The notes below the pieces were generated by a model. It was not told the DNA's origin. It did no database searches and was given only the letters and a program-made list of their open reading frames with translations. This document shows positions 19,639 to 29,257 of a stretch of DNA of 64,000 nt, in pieces. This DNA is from Candidatus Eiseniibacteriota bacterium (GTDB lineage: Bacteria; Eisenbacteria; RBG-16-71-46; SZUA-252). A program made the translations under genes and the position numbers. Numbering within the stretch: position 1 is the first letter of the stretch; each line of letters opens with the position of its first letter. The stretch spans positions 4,446 through 68,445 of the forward strand of contig DASXTQ010000019.1 in NCBI GenBank assembly GCA_036505295.1, given 5' to 3'.

Positions 19639-21390
19639 ATGCCGCTCATTCTCGGGCGCAAGCCCGCGTACTGTCTCGCCACCCTCGTCTTGCTCGCCGC
19701 GCACGTTTCGCGTTCGGACGCCGAAATTCTCCTGAACGAAGTGTTGTACGACCCCGAGGGGGCCGATGAGGGATCGGAGTTCGTGGAACTTTGGAATCCG
19801 GACACCGCCGCCATTTCGCTCCGTGGGATCGTCGTGGAGTCGGGCGATGGCTCGCGGCCCGGGGTTTGGACCCCGGTGTACGTGGGAACGGACGGCGACT
19901 CGGTGTCTCCCCGGCACGCGTTTCTGATCCCGGGGTCTGTCCTTCTCGCTCCCCTCCAGAACGGTCCCGACGCGATTCGTCTGACCCGCGCGGGCGTCGT
20001 GCTCGACCTCTTGGGTTACGGGGCGCTCACGGCAAGCGAGCTCTTTGAGGGCGCGCCCGCCGCGGACGCGCCATCCGGACAATCCCTCTCCCGTGCCGGC
20101 GATGGTGTGGACACCCAATGGAACGCAGCGGACTGGGCGCCCGAACCAAGCCCCACGCCGGGGCGCGCGAACCACCCCGACGTCCGGCTCTCCTTCACGC
20201 GCGGAAGCGCCCGTCTCGTGCCGGATGTCCCCTGGCCGGGGGATGTCGCGACCCTGCGCGCGACCGTGAAGAATCTCGGGCGCCTGGCGGTCCCGGCGGC
20301 TCGATGGCAAGCCGAGGTCGTCGTGCGTGTCGGAGATGGACCGGATCGCCCGTGGTCCGCCGCGCCGGTGGGGATCAGCCCAGGCTCGACCGTCGCTCCG
20401 GGAGAAAGCGCGAGCGTTCAATGCGCGCTCTTCGCGCCTCCGCCCGGGAGGTTCGGTCTCCGGCTTTCCCTGCGCGATCTCGGCGTCGAGCCCTTGACAG
20501 ATGGGTCCGCGGTCACGGATACCGCGCTCCTTGAGACGCGGTCGACGGCCGGCCCGCTCGTCGTGAACGAAATCGCGTTCCGGGATCGAGGGGCGGGGGA
20601 ATGGGTCGAGCTGATGGCGCGGGAGGAAGTCGCGGACGTGGGCCTCTTCGCTCTTTCCGACGCGGGCGGCCGCGCCTATTCGATCGATCGGGGGCCGACA
20701 CCGCGCCCCGCTCACGCGGGGGCGATCTTTGTGCTCGCGCAGTCGCCCGAGATAGTGCGCACGACCTATTCGCTTCCGGACAGCGCGGTCCTGGGATGCC
20801 TCGGCGGCTGGGTGGCCCTCAACGACGCCGATGGGGATGACGGTTTCGCCGACCGTGTGCGCGTCGTCGATGCGTCCGGCGCACCGTCGGATGTCGTCCC
20901 CTATCGCGCGGGATACACCGCGCGGGACGGATCGCTCGAGCGCCTCGGAACGATGCTCCCCAGCGCGTCGGCGAGCTCTTGGACGGAATCGATCGACCCT
21001 CGAGCAGGAACGCCGGCTCGGCCGAACTCGATTCAGGCCCCCGGGAAGGGAGCGGGTGACCGGGGCGCGCTTCTCATCGCGAGCGCCCGGGTGGTTCGGA
21101 GGGCGCCCGGACTGGCGGTCGCCCCGGTCGTGCTGCGATTCAGCGAGGAGGCGCGCGGGAGCCGAGTCCGCGTCTTCGTGCACGACCTCCTGGGCCGTCC
21201 GCGGCGGCTCCTCGTCGACGGGCAGCGAATCCTGGGTGAAGGAGCGTTTCTCTGGGACGGGCGCGACGACCAGGGTGCTCCCGTGCCGGCCGGGATCTAC
21301 ATCGTGCGGGCCGAAACGATTCCGGAAGACCGCGAGCCCATCAGGAGCGCAGCCCTCACGCTCTCCGTGGTGGATCGGTGGACGCGATGA
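19639..21390 (+). CDS. Secreted lamin-tail-domain (LTD) protein with two LTDs and a FlgD-Ig/T9SS-like C-terminal domain
   Basis: A strong RBS (AAGGGGGAA) is followed by a signal peptide. ILLNEVLYDPEG.DEGSEFVELWNP and LVVNEIAFRDRGAGEWVELM are LTD signatures. The C-terminus (RVFVHDLLGRPRRLL...FLWDGRDDQGAPVPAGIYIVRAE) is sorting-domain-like. Confidence 0.8.
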   Translation: MPLILGRKPAYCLATLVLLAAHVSRSDAEILLNEVLYDPEGADEGSEFVELWNPDTAAISLRGIVVESGDGSRPGVWTPVYVGTDGDSVSPRHAFLIPGSVLLAPLQNGPDAIRLTRAGVVLDLLGYGALTASELFEGAPAADAPSGQSLSRAGDGVDTQWNAADWAPEPSPTPGRANHPDVRLSFTRGSARLVPDVPWPGDVATLRATVKNLGRLAVPAARWQAEVVVRVGDGPDRPWSAAPVGISPGSTVAPGESASVQCALFAPPPGRFGLRLSLRDLGVEPLTDGSAVTDTALLETRSTAGPLVVNEIAFRDRGAGEWVELMAREEVADVGLFALSDAGGRAYSIDRGPTPRPAHAGAIFVLAQSPEIVRTTYSLPDSAVLGCLGGWVALNDADGDDGFADRVRVVDASGAPSDVVPYRAGYTARDGSLERLGTMLPSASASSWTESIDPRAGTPARPNSIQAPGKGAGDRGALLIASARVVRRAPGLAVAPVVLRFSEEARGSRVRVFVHDLLGRPRRLLVDGQRILGEGAFLWDGRDDQGAPVPAGIYIVRAETIPEDREPIRSAALTLSVVDRWTR

Positions 21391-22220
21391 GGGCCGTCGC
21401 GGTCTTTCTCCTGTGGAGCGCGGCGGCGCCGACGCCGCACGCCTGGGCCGCATTCGAGCTCCGGGACGCGAGCCCGGACGCTTTGGGTGCCGCTTCCACC
21501 GATGGCGCATGGCACCCTTTCGATGATGGATCCGGCCCGATGCCATCAGGGGATCCCGGAGACTCTGCGTCGGCCGGCATGACCGCTCTTGCGTGGCGTG
21601 CTGGGGCAACCCGCGCGTCCCCCTTCGGCGCCGATGCGCTGTCGCTGAACCAGCTCGACCTCTCCCTGCAGCGAAACACCCACGCGTTCCGCCTTGAATA
21701 CACCGCGCTCTCCGGCCCTGGGACAGGCGAGTCGTCGGTCCGTCTCGAGGTCCGGGAACGTGCCCCACGCCCGATCGCCCTGGCCCTCCGCGTGGAGCGG
21801 CTCGATCTTCTCCCCGACGACGCGGAAGCCTGGGGCGGCTGGGCGCTCGGCGGTTGCGCCCGGGGCGCATGGGGCGGACGGGTGGACGTGTGGATCGGCG
21901 GCGACCGGCTCTTGAGAACTCGAGCGCTGGAGCGGGGGGCCGTCCCCGCCACCCTGGAGCTGGGCGCGTCGCTGAGCGCGGGGTCAGCGCGCGCGGCGAT
22001 CCTGGACCGTTGGCAGCCGGACGGGACCCATAGCCCGCGCATGGCGCTCGAGGTCCCGCTCGGGGACGCCTTGCGCCTATGGCTGGGACGCGCCTCCGCG
22101 CCAGGCAGGATTGGAGCGGCGCTCGAAGTCAGGACAGGGAACCTCGAGGCGTCCTGGGGGAGGCTCGACTATGCGTTCGGAGGAACGATCACGGGCATCC
22201 GTTTAGGGCTCGCGTCCGGG
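21387..22220 (+). CDS. Hypothetical secreted beta-rich protein, with no in-frame stop before the convergent terminator (possible frameshift/pseudogene; 3' end uncertain)
   Basis: The ATG overlaps the LTD gene stop (ATGA). The signal peptide is MRAVAVFLLWSAAAPTPHAWA|AFE, and alternating beta-strand-like sequence follows to about 22.2 kb. The frame stays open to 27032, straight through the terminator and the antisense of the next gene, so the true end is not resolvable from sequence. Confidence 0.3.
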
Positions 22221-22255
22221 AAAAAAGGGCGGCCCGCCGTGAAGGCGGGCCGCCG
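22221..22255 (-). terminator. Rho-independent terminator of the minus-strand T9SS-cargo gene
   Basis: On the plus strand it reads AAAAAA-GGGCGGCCCGCC-GTGAA-GGCGGGCCGCC. On the minus strand this is an 11-bp GC stem followed by TTTTTT, 35 nt after the minus-strand gene stop. Confidence 0.6.
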
Positions 22256-22289
22256 CGAGTCTTCGAAGCTCCACCGCGAGCGAGGCGCG

Positions 22290-25139
22290 CTAACGGAGGA
22301 GGATCAGCTTCTTCGAAGCCCTGAATCCCTTCGTATCGAGCACGTAGAAGTAGGCTCCGCTCGGGAGCTGGTGCCCCTGATCATCCGCCCCGTTCCAGCG
22401 CGCAACGTACTCGCCGGGAGGCTGGACGTGACTCACCAGCGTGCGGACCAAGGCCCCGCTTACGTTGTAGATGCGGATATCGACCTGGCCCGCTTGTGCC
22501 ACAGAGTAGCGGATCGCGGTCTCGGGATTGAACGGGTTCGGCATGTTTTGCCCGAGGCTGCTCCGGAACGTCGGAGCTTCCTCGCCCGATCCCTCCTCCA
22601 CCCCCGAAGCCACGTAGCAGGCGTTTTCCTTGAAGTAGTTGTGGACGATCGCGTTCGCGAGCTGGAGCCTTTCGCCCCCTTCCTCGATGGCGTTGAAGCT
22701 GAAGCCGAAGAAGACGGACTTCGCGCTGTCCGCCGGGCTGAACGTGTTGTAATCGGTGGCGTAACGCGTCGCGGCGGGGAAACTGTTGGGATACGTGAGC
22801 AGGTTGCCCGACTTGCCCTGGTTCGCGGCCGGGGAAAGGGTGACCAGGTCAAACTGATTGATGATGGGGCAGCCCCCGTTCAGGTGCATGAACCGCCCCG
22901 CCGCGGGACCCCCGTTCACCCCTTTCACGACAGGATGGAGCGTGTCCTGAGGGGAGTTTTCCCAGTTATTCCGCAGCCAGGTCACGCCGCACGTGAAGGC
23001 GAGGAAGCCGTTGTAGTTGTTCGCGCCGCTGTTTGCCATGAGATCGTAGCCAACGTCGTCCCCGCTGATCCAGAAATTGCGGTTCTTCCCCGGCTGCTGG
23101 ATCCAGGATTGGATCACCGCCTGATCCTGAGGCGTGATGGTGAACGTGGAGAGATCCCCCGAGTGCCAGATGATCGTGGTGTACTGAAGCAGCTTGCCGA
23201 CGTCCGTCACCGGCCAGTGGTACTGGATATCGGCCGGGTCGGAGCCGCCGAGGCAGTTTCCAATTCCGCTCGTCGGACCGTTCACATCCCATGTGTCGTA
23301 CTTGAACCCGAGCCCGGTGAGCGCGGAGGCGATGTACGGTTGCGGCTCGCGCCCCGAGAAGTGATTCACGAAGAGGATCGACGCGAGGCTGTCGCTGCAC
23401 CCCATGGGCAGGTTGATGGCGGTCTTCACGGGCAGGATCGAAGCCGAGCGATAGTTCTGGTTCGTGATCGCGTCGACCGGGAAATAGGCGGTGACGTTCT
23501 GGCTGTCCGTCGCCGCGAAGTAGTACTCCAGCTTCGTATTCGCCGGGTAGCTTCCGGGGGGGACGTCGGCGAAGAAATGGGTCGGGAGCGCCGGCGCCAC
23601 GTGTTGGAGCGGGACCGAGTTGAACGACCCGCCGTTCAATCTGTAGAACATGAAGCCGTTCTTGTACCCGTGGGACGTGCTGACCTGCACGACGGTGCTG
23701 TCGCCGAGCGGGCTGTTGAAGTTATCGTCTCGGAAGAACGGGGTCGTCTCGAACGTGTCGTTGAAAAGGTCTATATCGCGCACGATGAAGCCGGGACCGG
23801 TCTGGCCGATGACTCCGATTGCGACGTTGTCGAACAACCCATACGTGTTCGAGGGAGACGAATTGCCGCCACAAAAGATGTCGGCGTAATCTCGGAGGCC
23901 CAACTCCACCTGCACGGAATCCTTTCCGCCCGCTCCAGGCAGCGTGATGGCCTGGCGGATCCAGTCTTTGTTCCCCCCGTAATAAACAAAGAAGGTCGGG
24001 TCGATCCAATTTCCCCACTGGGCGTCACCGATGTTCTTGGTCCGAAAATTCGTGTGGTAGAAGAAGCACGAGTTGAGCGGAAGGTTTCGGTAGACATCGA
24101 AATTGAGAAAGACGGTGCTGGCCCGGTTGGTCGCGACCGGCTTGGTCACGACGAAGTTGTCCAGATGGGGAACCAAGGTCAGGGTGGCCTGGTTCCAGTC
24201 GGTCCAGACCTTCGATTGATTCGTGGAACATATGTCCTCGGTCAGGACGTTGCTTTGGAGATAGAAGAAGTCGCCCGCGCCGAGGAACGTGGACCGCGTC
24301 CAATTTCCCATCCCGTTTTCCACGTTGTCAGAGAAAAGGACGTTCTGCCCCGTCTTGACGGTGATGTTGTCGATGATCCAGCCATCTCCATCGTAAAGTC
24401 CATCTGCGGAGGAGTAACCGACATCGCTGACAAACGTGAATCGGAACGGCACCGGAAGAGGATTGTTGCCGGTGCCGTCGTTTCCCGCGCGCCATTTCGA
24501 GATGATGGAATCGGGAATGATCACCGAGAAGGTGTCGCAAAGGGAGCTATTCGGGACTTTCCCCGTAAAGAAGGCGAGCTGGGTCCAGTTGTTTATGAGG
24601 TCGTTCACTTCGACATACCCATAGTCATAAAGGGGCTCGGCGTCGAAATGATGCCTGAAGCTGAGCGTCGCGGACGACCCCGATGGGACGGAGCCCGTGG
24701 GGAAAGAGTTCGTGAGGTATTGGGTCCAGTCGTTGTCGTACCCAGCGCGATTCGAGTCGTAGATCCAGGAAGAATCGACGGTCCCGCACCACCACGAATG
24801 GTTCTGGCACCCGAGGAAGGTATCGATGTGCCATGCGGTCGGCTTCGCGGAGGCGTCGTAGTGGGTCCACCCTCCCTCGTTGTTCGGGCTGGTGTGCGTC
24901 TCGAGACTGTCGATGAACACCCAGACCGTCTCTCCCGCGGCCGCGGTGCGCATCGATCGCCCGGCGCGGGCCGGGGGCGATCCCACATCGGGCCCCGCCT
25001 CGGGGATCTGCGTCGGGACGACACCCGGGAGGATCGTCTCACCGGTCGCCGCGGGCGCGTTCGAAGAGGCCGCAGAGCTGCCGTAAAGGGATGCCGAGAG
25101 AATGAGACACACAATCAACGCGGTAGCACTACGTCGCAT
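22290..25139 (-). CDS. Large secreted protein (950 aa) with type-A T9SS/FlgD-Ig C-terminal sorting domain
   Basis: Start at internal Met (MRRSATALIVCLILSASLYG signal peptide). The C-terminus NPFNPETAIRYSVAQAGQVDIRIYNVSGALVRTL...ARWNGADDQGHQLPSGAYFYVLDTKGFRASKKLILLR matches the T9SS CTD. The body is Trp/Asn/Gly-rich beta-rich, and no HExxH was seen. Confidence 0.8.
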   Translation of the reverse strand: MRRSATALIVCLILSASLYGSSAASSNAPAATGETILPGVVPTQIPEAGPDVGSPPARAGRSMRTAAAGETVWVFIDSLETHTSPNNEGGWTHYDASAKPTAWHIDTFLGCQNHSWWCGTVDSSWIYDSNRAGYDNDWTQYLTNSFPTGSVPSGSSATLSFRHHFDAEPLYDYGYVEVNDLINNWTQLAFFTGKVPNSSLCDTFSVIIPDSIISKWRAGNDGTGNNPLPVPFRFTFVSDVGYSSADGLYDGDGWIIDNITVKTGQNVLFSDNVENGMGNWTRSTFLGAGDFFYLQSNVLTEDICSTNQSKVWTDWNQATLTLVPHLDNFVVTKPVATNRASTVFLNFDVYRNLPLNSCFFYHTNFRTKNIGDAQWGNWIDPTFFVYYGGNKDWIRQAITLPGAGGKDSVQVELGLRDYADIFCGGNSSPSNTYGLFDNVAIGVIGQTGPGFIVRDIDLFNDTFETTPFFRDDNFNSPLGDSTVVQVSTSHGYKNGFMFYRLNGGSFNSVPLQHVAPALPTHFFADVPPGSYPANTKLEYYFAATDSQNVTAYFPVDAITNQNYRSASILPVKTAINLPMGCSDSLASILFVNHFSGREPQPYIASALTGLGFKYDTWDVNGPTSGIGNCLGGSDPADIQYHWPVTDVGKLLQYTTIIWHSGDLSTFTITPQDQAVIQSWIQQPGKNRNFWISGDDVGYDLMANSGANNYNGFLAFTCGVTWLRNNWENSPQDTLHPVVKGVNGGPAAGRFMHLNGGCPIINQFDLVTLSPAANQGKSGNLLTYPNSFPAATRYATDYNTFSPADSAKSVFFGFSFNAIEEGGERLQLANAIVHNYFKENACYVASGVEEGSGEEAPTFRSSLGQNMPNPFNPETAIRYSVAQAGQVDIRIYNVSGALVRTLVSHVQPPGEYVARWNGADDQGHQLPSGAYFYVLDTKGFRASKKLILLR

Positions 25140-25499
25140 GGGGGAGCTCCTTCTGGATCGATCGACTGGTGCGGAAAGAAGGTGGATTCGAATCGATGCC
25201 CGATCTCGAGGGCGCTCCGGGGCGAAGGACAAGCCTGGCACGGCGGGACATCTAACGGCAGACCGGCACGGGCTGGGCATGTCGCCTCGGGGAGACCTCG
25301 CATGCTGGATAGTTGCGACATCCGCTCCCCGACCGCGACAGCCATTCGGAAGCGGCGTGCAGTATTATACTCGATCAGGGACCTCACTTCCACCGAAATC
25401 GGCTGGGCTGTTGGGTTTGTCGCATCCTTGCGAGGCTCGCGCCGGGCTCGATCGCGCTGGTCCAGGGCGGCGTTGTTGCCCCTGGGACCCTCTGCTATC

Positions 25500-27032
25500 A
25501 TGCGCCGGCACACTCGGCTGGCGCTGTTTTCACGGCCTCTGTGCCTCTTGTTCGCCGTGGGCCTGCCCTCGGTGGCGGCGCCGGCGAGATGCGGGGCGGT
25601 GGATGGGACGGCGGTGAATGCGGCGGCTTTGGATGGGGCGAGCCAAGCACCGGCGGAGCAGGATTCCACCGACGGCGGCGATACGTGGTTGCCGGTCCCG
25701 GAAGAGGATCTCGAGACCACAGAGCCCTTGGAGGAGGACCCGGCGCCTGTCCGGCCCGGCGCGCTGCTCCGCGGCGTGGTCATGCGCGGGCAGTTTCGGC
25801 TGCGGCGGATCGGCGTGCTGGACGAGCGCCGTGGCGCGCGCGGTGAGCTTGGCTTCCTCGTGGACGAGCGGCGGTTCAGGCCGGGCGCGCGCTTGACGGT
25901 CGGCGGCGAGCGCCTCGTGTTGGCCGGAGGCCGGGTGAGCGTGACGCAGGGCCCCGCGCTATTCGCGGAAGCAATGCGCGTCACGAGGGGCGGACGCCGC
26001 GTGCGGGGGCCAAGGACGAGCGCGGCGCGCGCACAGCCCTCGCTTGGCGCCTCGGCCGGAGCGCTCGACGGAGGCGCATTCACGTGGAACGGGCCCCAGG
26101 CGATCTGGGCGTTCGCCGGGTTCCGAAGCGAGACCCGCGAGCCGATCGGGGGGGTGGGGCTAGGGGTTTCGCGTGGAAGAATTCGCGCCGCGGCAGCGCT
26201 CGGCGCGGAGCTGCGCGCCCGGGCCGCGGGCGCGGAGACGGGAGGCGGAGCGTCGTCGGCCCCACCTTCACGCTGCGGCTCGATCACCGTCGTGCGACGG
26301 GCCCAAGGCGGGAGCGTGGCGCTGGAAGCGCTCGGGTGCCGCGAGGGACGCGCGCTCCTCGCGGAAGTCGGGAGACGGGGTGGGGACGTGCTCCTCTCCG
26401 CGCGGTGGCGGTATCGCTCCTGGACGGCGAGGCAGGTCGCCGCCGAGTTGATCGCGGAAACGATCGGCTCCGCCTCGCGCGCCCGCGTGACGTGGCGTTC
26501 CTGGTCGGGCAACGCGACGGCCGACGACGGGCTCCTGGAGCTGGAGGTGACGAGGTCGCGAGGCGGCGGCGCGCCCCTGCGGCTGCGGGTGGGGACCGCC
26601 GGGTTCGGTCGCGAGGGCAATCGGCTCCCGGCGCTCGAGTCCTACGGGCTCGCCGATGCGACCCTGGCCCGCGATGACCGGCGCAGCCTCGCCGTGCACG
26701 TGCTGAGACGCGGTTCCAGGAATGCCGGATCGAGCGCGTCGAGCACGACATTCGGTTCGAGGCTCGACCTGCGCATGAGAACGCTCGGCAGGCACTCGGT
26801 GCTGGTCGAGGCGACGCGGATCCGGAAGGGCGCATCGGCATGGGGCGTCGAGCTCACGCCGTCCGGTGAGACCACGTTGCGGACGCGATCGAAGCCGGGC
26901 CTCTGGGTCTCCGCGCGCGGTGGGTTCGGGCCACGGCTCTGGCGCTTCGGATATGCGCTCGAGCGCGGTGAAGATTCGGGCGGCGCCAGACCCTGGAGCG
27001 GAACCCTCTGGCTCAGGTTGACTCGGTCATAG
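25500..27032 (+). CDS. Hypothetical secreted protein (Arg/Gly/Ala-rich, signal peptide)
   Basis: It shares the frame of the 1884-aa artefactual ORF but has its own ATG and a signal peptide MRRHTRLALFSRPLCLLFAVGLPSVAAPA. It sits in a divergent intergenic region. The competing -strand ORF is low-complexity RS-rich. Confidence 0.4.
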   Translation: MRRHTRLALFSRPLCLLFAVGLPSVAAPARCGAVDGTAVNAAALDGASQAPAEQDSTDGGDTWLPVPEEDLETTEPLEEDPAPVRPGALLRGVVMRGQFRLRRIGVLDERRGARGELGFLVDERRFRPGARLTVGGERLVLAGGRVSVTQGPALFAEAMRVTRGGRRVRGPRTSAARAQPSLGASAGALDGGAFTWNGPQAIWAFAGFRSETREPIGGVGLGVSRGRIRAAAALGAELRARAAGAETGGGASSAPPSRCGSITVVRRAQGGSVALEALGCREGRALLAEVGRRGGDVLLSARWRYRSWTARQVAAELIAETIGSASRARVTWRSWSGNATADDGLLELEVTRSRGGGAPLRLRVGTAGFGREGNRLPALESYGLADATLARDDRRSLAVHVLRRGSRNAGSSASSTTFGSRLDLRMRTLGRHSVLVEATRIRKGASAWGVELTPSGETTLRTRSKPGLWVSARGGFGPRLWRFGYALERGEDSGGARPWSGTLWLRLTRS

Positions 27033-27040
27033 GAGACACC

Positions 27041-28219
27041 ATGCGATATGCGGACCGGATGAATCAGCTCGGTACCGAGACGGCCTTCGAGGTCCTCGCG
27101 AAGGCGAGGGCCCTGGAGGCACAGGGCCGCTCGATCGTGCACCTCGAAATCGGAGAGCCCGACTTCGATACCCCGGCTCCGATCCGCGCCGCGGCGGCGC
27201 GTGCTCTCGACGAGGGATTCACGCACTATGGCCCCTCGGCGGGGCTGCCCGAGGTGCGCGAGGCGATCGCGGCCTTCATCACCCGCGACCGGGGTCTCAG
27301 GACCACCCCGGCCCAGGTGGTCGTGACCCCGGGAGGAAAACCGGTGCTCACGTTCGCGATCATGGCGTGCGTGAACCCGGGGGACGAAGTCGTCGTGCCG
27401 AATCCGGGCTTTCCCATCTACGAATCGGTGGTCCGGTTCATCGGCGCGAGGCCGGTTCCCATGGTGTTGCGCGAAGACCGCGGATTCCGGGTCGGCGCCG
27501 CGGATCTGGAGCCCCTGCTCACGCCGAAGACGCGGATGGTGGTGCTCAACTCGCCCCACAACCCGACCGGCTCCGTCCTCACGCCCAAGGATCTCGACGA
27601 GATCGCAGCGCTGCTCCGCGACCGCGAGATCTTCGTTCTATCCGACGAGATCTATTCGAAGATACTCTACGATGGGGTCCACGAGTCGATCGCCACCCGT
27701 CCGGGAATGGCCGAGAAGACGATCCTCCTCGACGGATTCTCGAAGACCTACGCGATGACCGGCTGGCGCCTCGGATACGGGATCATGAATCCGACGCTCG
27801 CGAAGCACGTCGCGCGGCTCGCCACGAACGTCTACTCCTGCGCGACCTCGTTCGTGCAGCGGGCGGCGATCGTGGCACTGGGCGGGGCCCAGACTGAAGT
27901 CGGAAGCATGATCACCGAGTTCCATCGGCGGCGGGACGCGATCGTCCAGGGCTTGAACGCGATCCCGGGTATCCGATGTTCGAAGCCGGCGGGTGCCTTC
28001 TACGTGTTCCCGAATATCCAGGCGCTCCAGGTGACGAGCGCCGACGCGGAGCGGATCCTCCTCGAGGAGGCCGGCGTCGCAGCGCTCTCCGGGACCGCGT
28101 TCGGCTCGCACGGCGAGGGCTACATGCGCTTCTCGTACGCCAACTCGATCGAGAACATTCGCGAGGCGCTCCGCCGCATCGGCGCCTGGGTCCAGAGCCA
28201 GGTTCGGGCCGCGCGCTGA
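27041..28219 (+). CDS. Class I/II PLP-dependent aminotransferase (aspartate aminotransferase-like)
   Basis: HLEIGEPDFDTP, ...SKTYAMTGWRLGY (PLP-Lys region), and 392 aa of typical AAT fold-I sequence. Confidence 0.85.
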   Translation: MRYADRMNQLGTETAFEVLAKARALEAQGRSIVHLEIGEPDFDTPAPIRAAAARALDEGFTHYGPSAGLPEVREAIAAFITRDRGLRTTPAQVVVTPGGKPVLTFAIMACVNPGDEVVVPNPGFPIYESVVRFIGARPVPMVLREDRGFRVGAADLEPLLTPKTRMVVLNSPHNPTGSVLTPKDLDEIAALLRDREIFVLSDEIYSKILYDGVHESIATRPGMAEKTILLDGFSKTYAMTGWRLGYGIMNPTLAKHVARLATNVYSCATSFVQRAAIVALGGAQTEVGSMITEFHRRRDAIVQGLNAIPGIRCSKPAGAFYVFPNIQALQVTSADAERILLEEAGVAALSGTAFGSHGEGYMRFSYANSIENIREALRRIGAWVQSQVRAAR

Positions 28220-28222
28220 CGG

Positions 28223-29203
28223 ATGACGCCGCGCGAAGTCGAGCCGCGCGCAAACAGGCTTCCTCGGTCCGCCGTGATCACGCTCGGCGGCAATGCCATT
28301 CTGCCCGCCCGAGGGACGGGCACGTTCGAGGAGCAGCTTGCGATAACGCGCGTGACGATGCAGCCGATTGCGCAGCTGATCCACGAGGGGGTCACCGTGG
28401 TGCTGAGCCACGGGAATGGGCCGATCGTGGGAAACATTCTGATCCGAAACGAGGCGGCGCGGGATCAAATCCCCCCGATGCCGCTCGACGTATGCGGAGC
28501 CGATTCGCAGGGCGGCATCGGCTACATGATGCAGCAGACGCTCCAGAACGAGCTTCATCGGATCGGCATCGACCGCCCGGTCGTCACGATGGTGACGCAG
28601 GTGATCGTGGACGAGCGGGATCCGGCGTTCCGGCGCCCCACGAAGCCGATCGGTCCCTTCTATTCCCACGAGCGCGCGCGAACCCTGGCGAAGGAAAAAG
28701 GGTGGACCGTGGTGGAGGATGCGGGGCGGGGTTACCGGCGCGTCGTTCCTTCCCCGAAGCCGCTCGAGATCGTGGAGATCGCCGCGATCCGGAAGCTCGT
28801 GCAGGATGGAAACGTCGTCATCGCAGCCGGGGGAGGCGGGATCCCGGTCTCGCGCCAGTGGGACGGAACGCTCCACGGCGTCGAGGCGGTCATCGACAAG
28901 GACCTTGCGTCCTCGCTCCTGGGGAGACTGCTCGAATCGGAGGCGCTCCTGATCGTGACCGGAGTGGACCGCGTCGCCGTCAATTTCGGAAAGCCCGACC
29001 AGCGGGACCTGACGACCGCCACCGCATCGGAGCTTGAACGATTCATGGCCGAGGGGCATTTTCCTCAGGGGAGCATGGGTCCGAAGATCCAGGCCGCGAT
29101 CGAGTTCGTGCGAAGTGGTGGAGGCTCGGTTTTCATCACCTCGCCGGAGAGGATCCGCGAGGCTTTGGAAGGGACGGCAGGAACCCGGATCGTTCGGGAC
29201 TGA
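28223..29203 (+). CDS. arcC: Carbamate kinase
   Basis: ITLGGNAILP...VVLSHGNGPIVGNIL...CGADSQGGIGYMMQQ...VIAAGGGGIPV are carbamate/amino-acid kinase family signatures. Confidence 0.8.
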   Translation: MTPREVEPRANRLPRSAVITLGGNAILPARGTGTFEEQLAITRVTMQPIAQLIHEGVTVVLSHGNGPIVGNILIRNEAARDQIPPMPLDVCGADSQGGIGYMMQQTLQNELHRIGIDRPVVTMVTQVIVDERDPAFRRPTKPIGPFYSHERARTLAKEKGWTVVEDAGRGYRRVVPSPKPLEIVEIAAIRKLVQDGNVVIAAGGGGIPVSRQWDGTLHGVEAVIDKDLASSLLGRLLESEALLIVTGVDRVAVNFGKPDQRDLTTATASELERFMAEGHFPQGSMGPKIQAAIEFVRSGGGSVFITSPERIREALEGTAGTRIVRD

Positions 29204-29257
29204 CGGGCGCCCAGTTCGCGGGCAGGGTCGGGCAGGGACGCGGGAAGGGGGACGGGA

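Noticed and set aside
17386-21870. Long minus-strand ORFs 17386-19452 and 19504-21870
   Set aside because: Arg/Pro/Gly-rich antisense artefacts opposite the VWA-like and LTD genes.
22293-25499. Central part of the 1884-aa plus-strand ORF (21378-27032)
   Set aside because: It is antisense to a well-supported minus-strand gene with a signal peptide and T9SS CTD and crosses a terminator. Only the segments 21387-~22200 and 25500-27032 have their own start signals and signal peptides.
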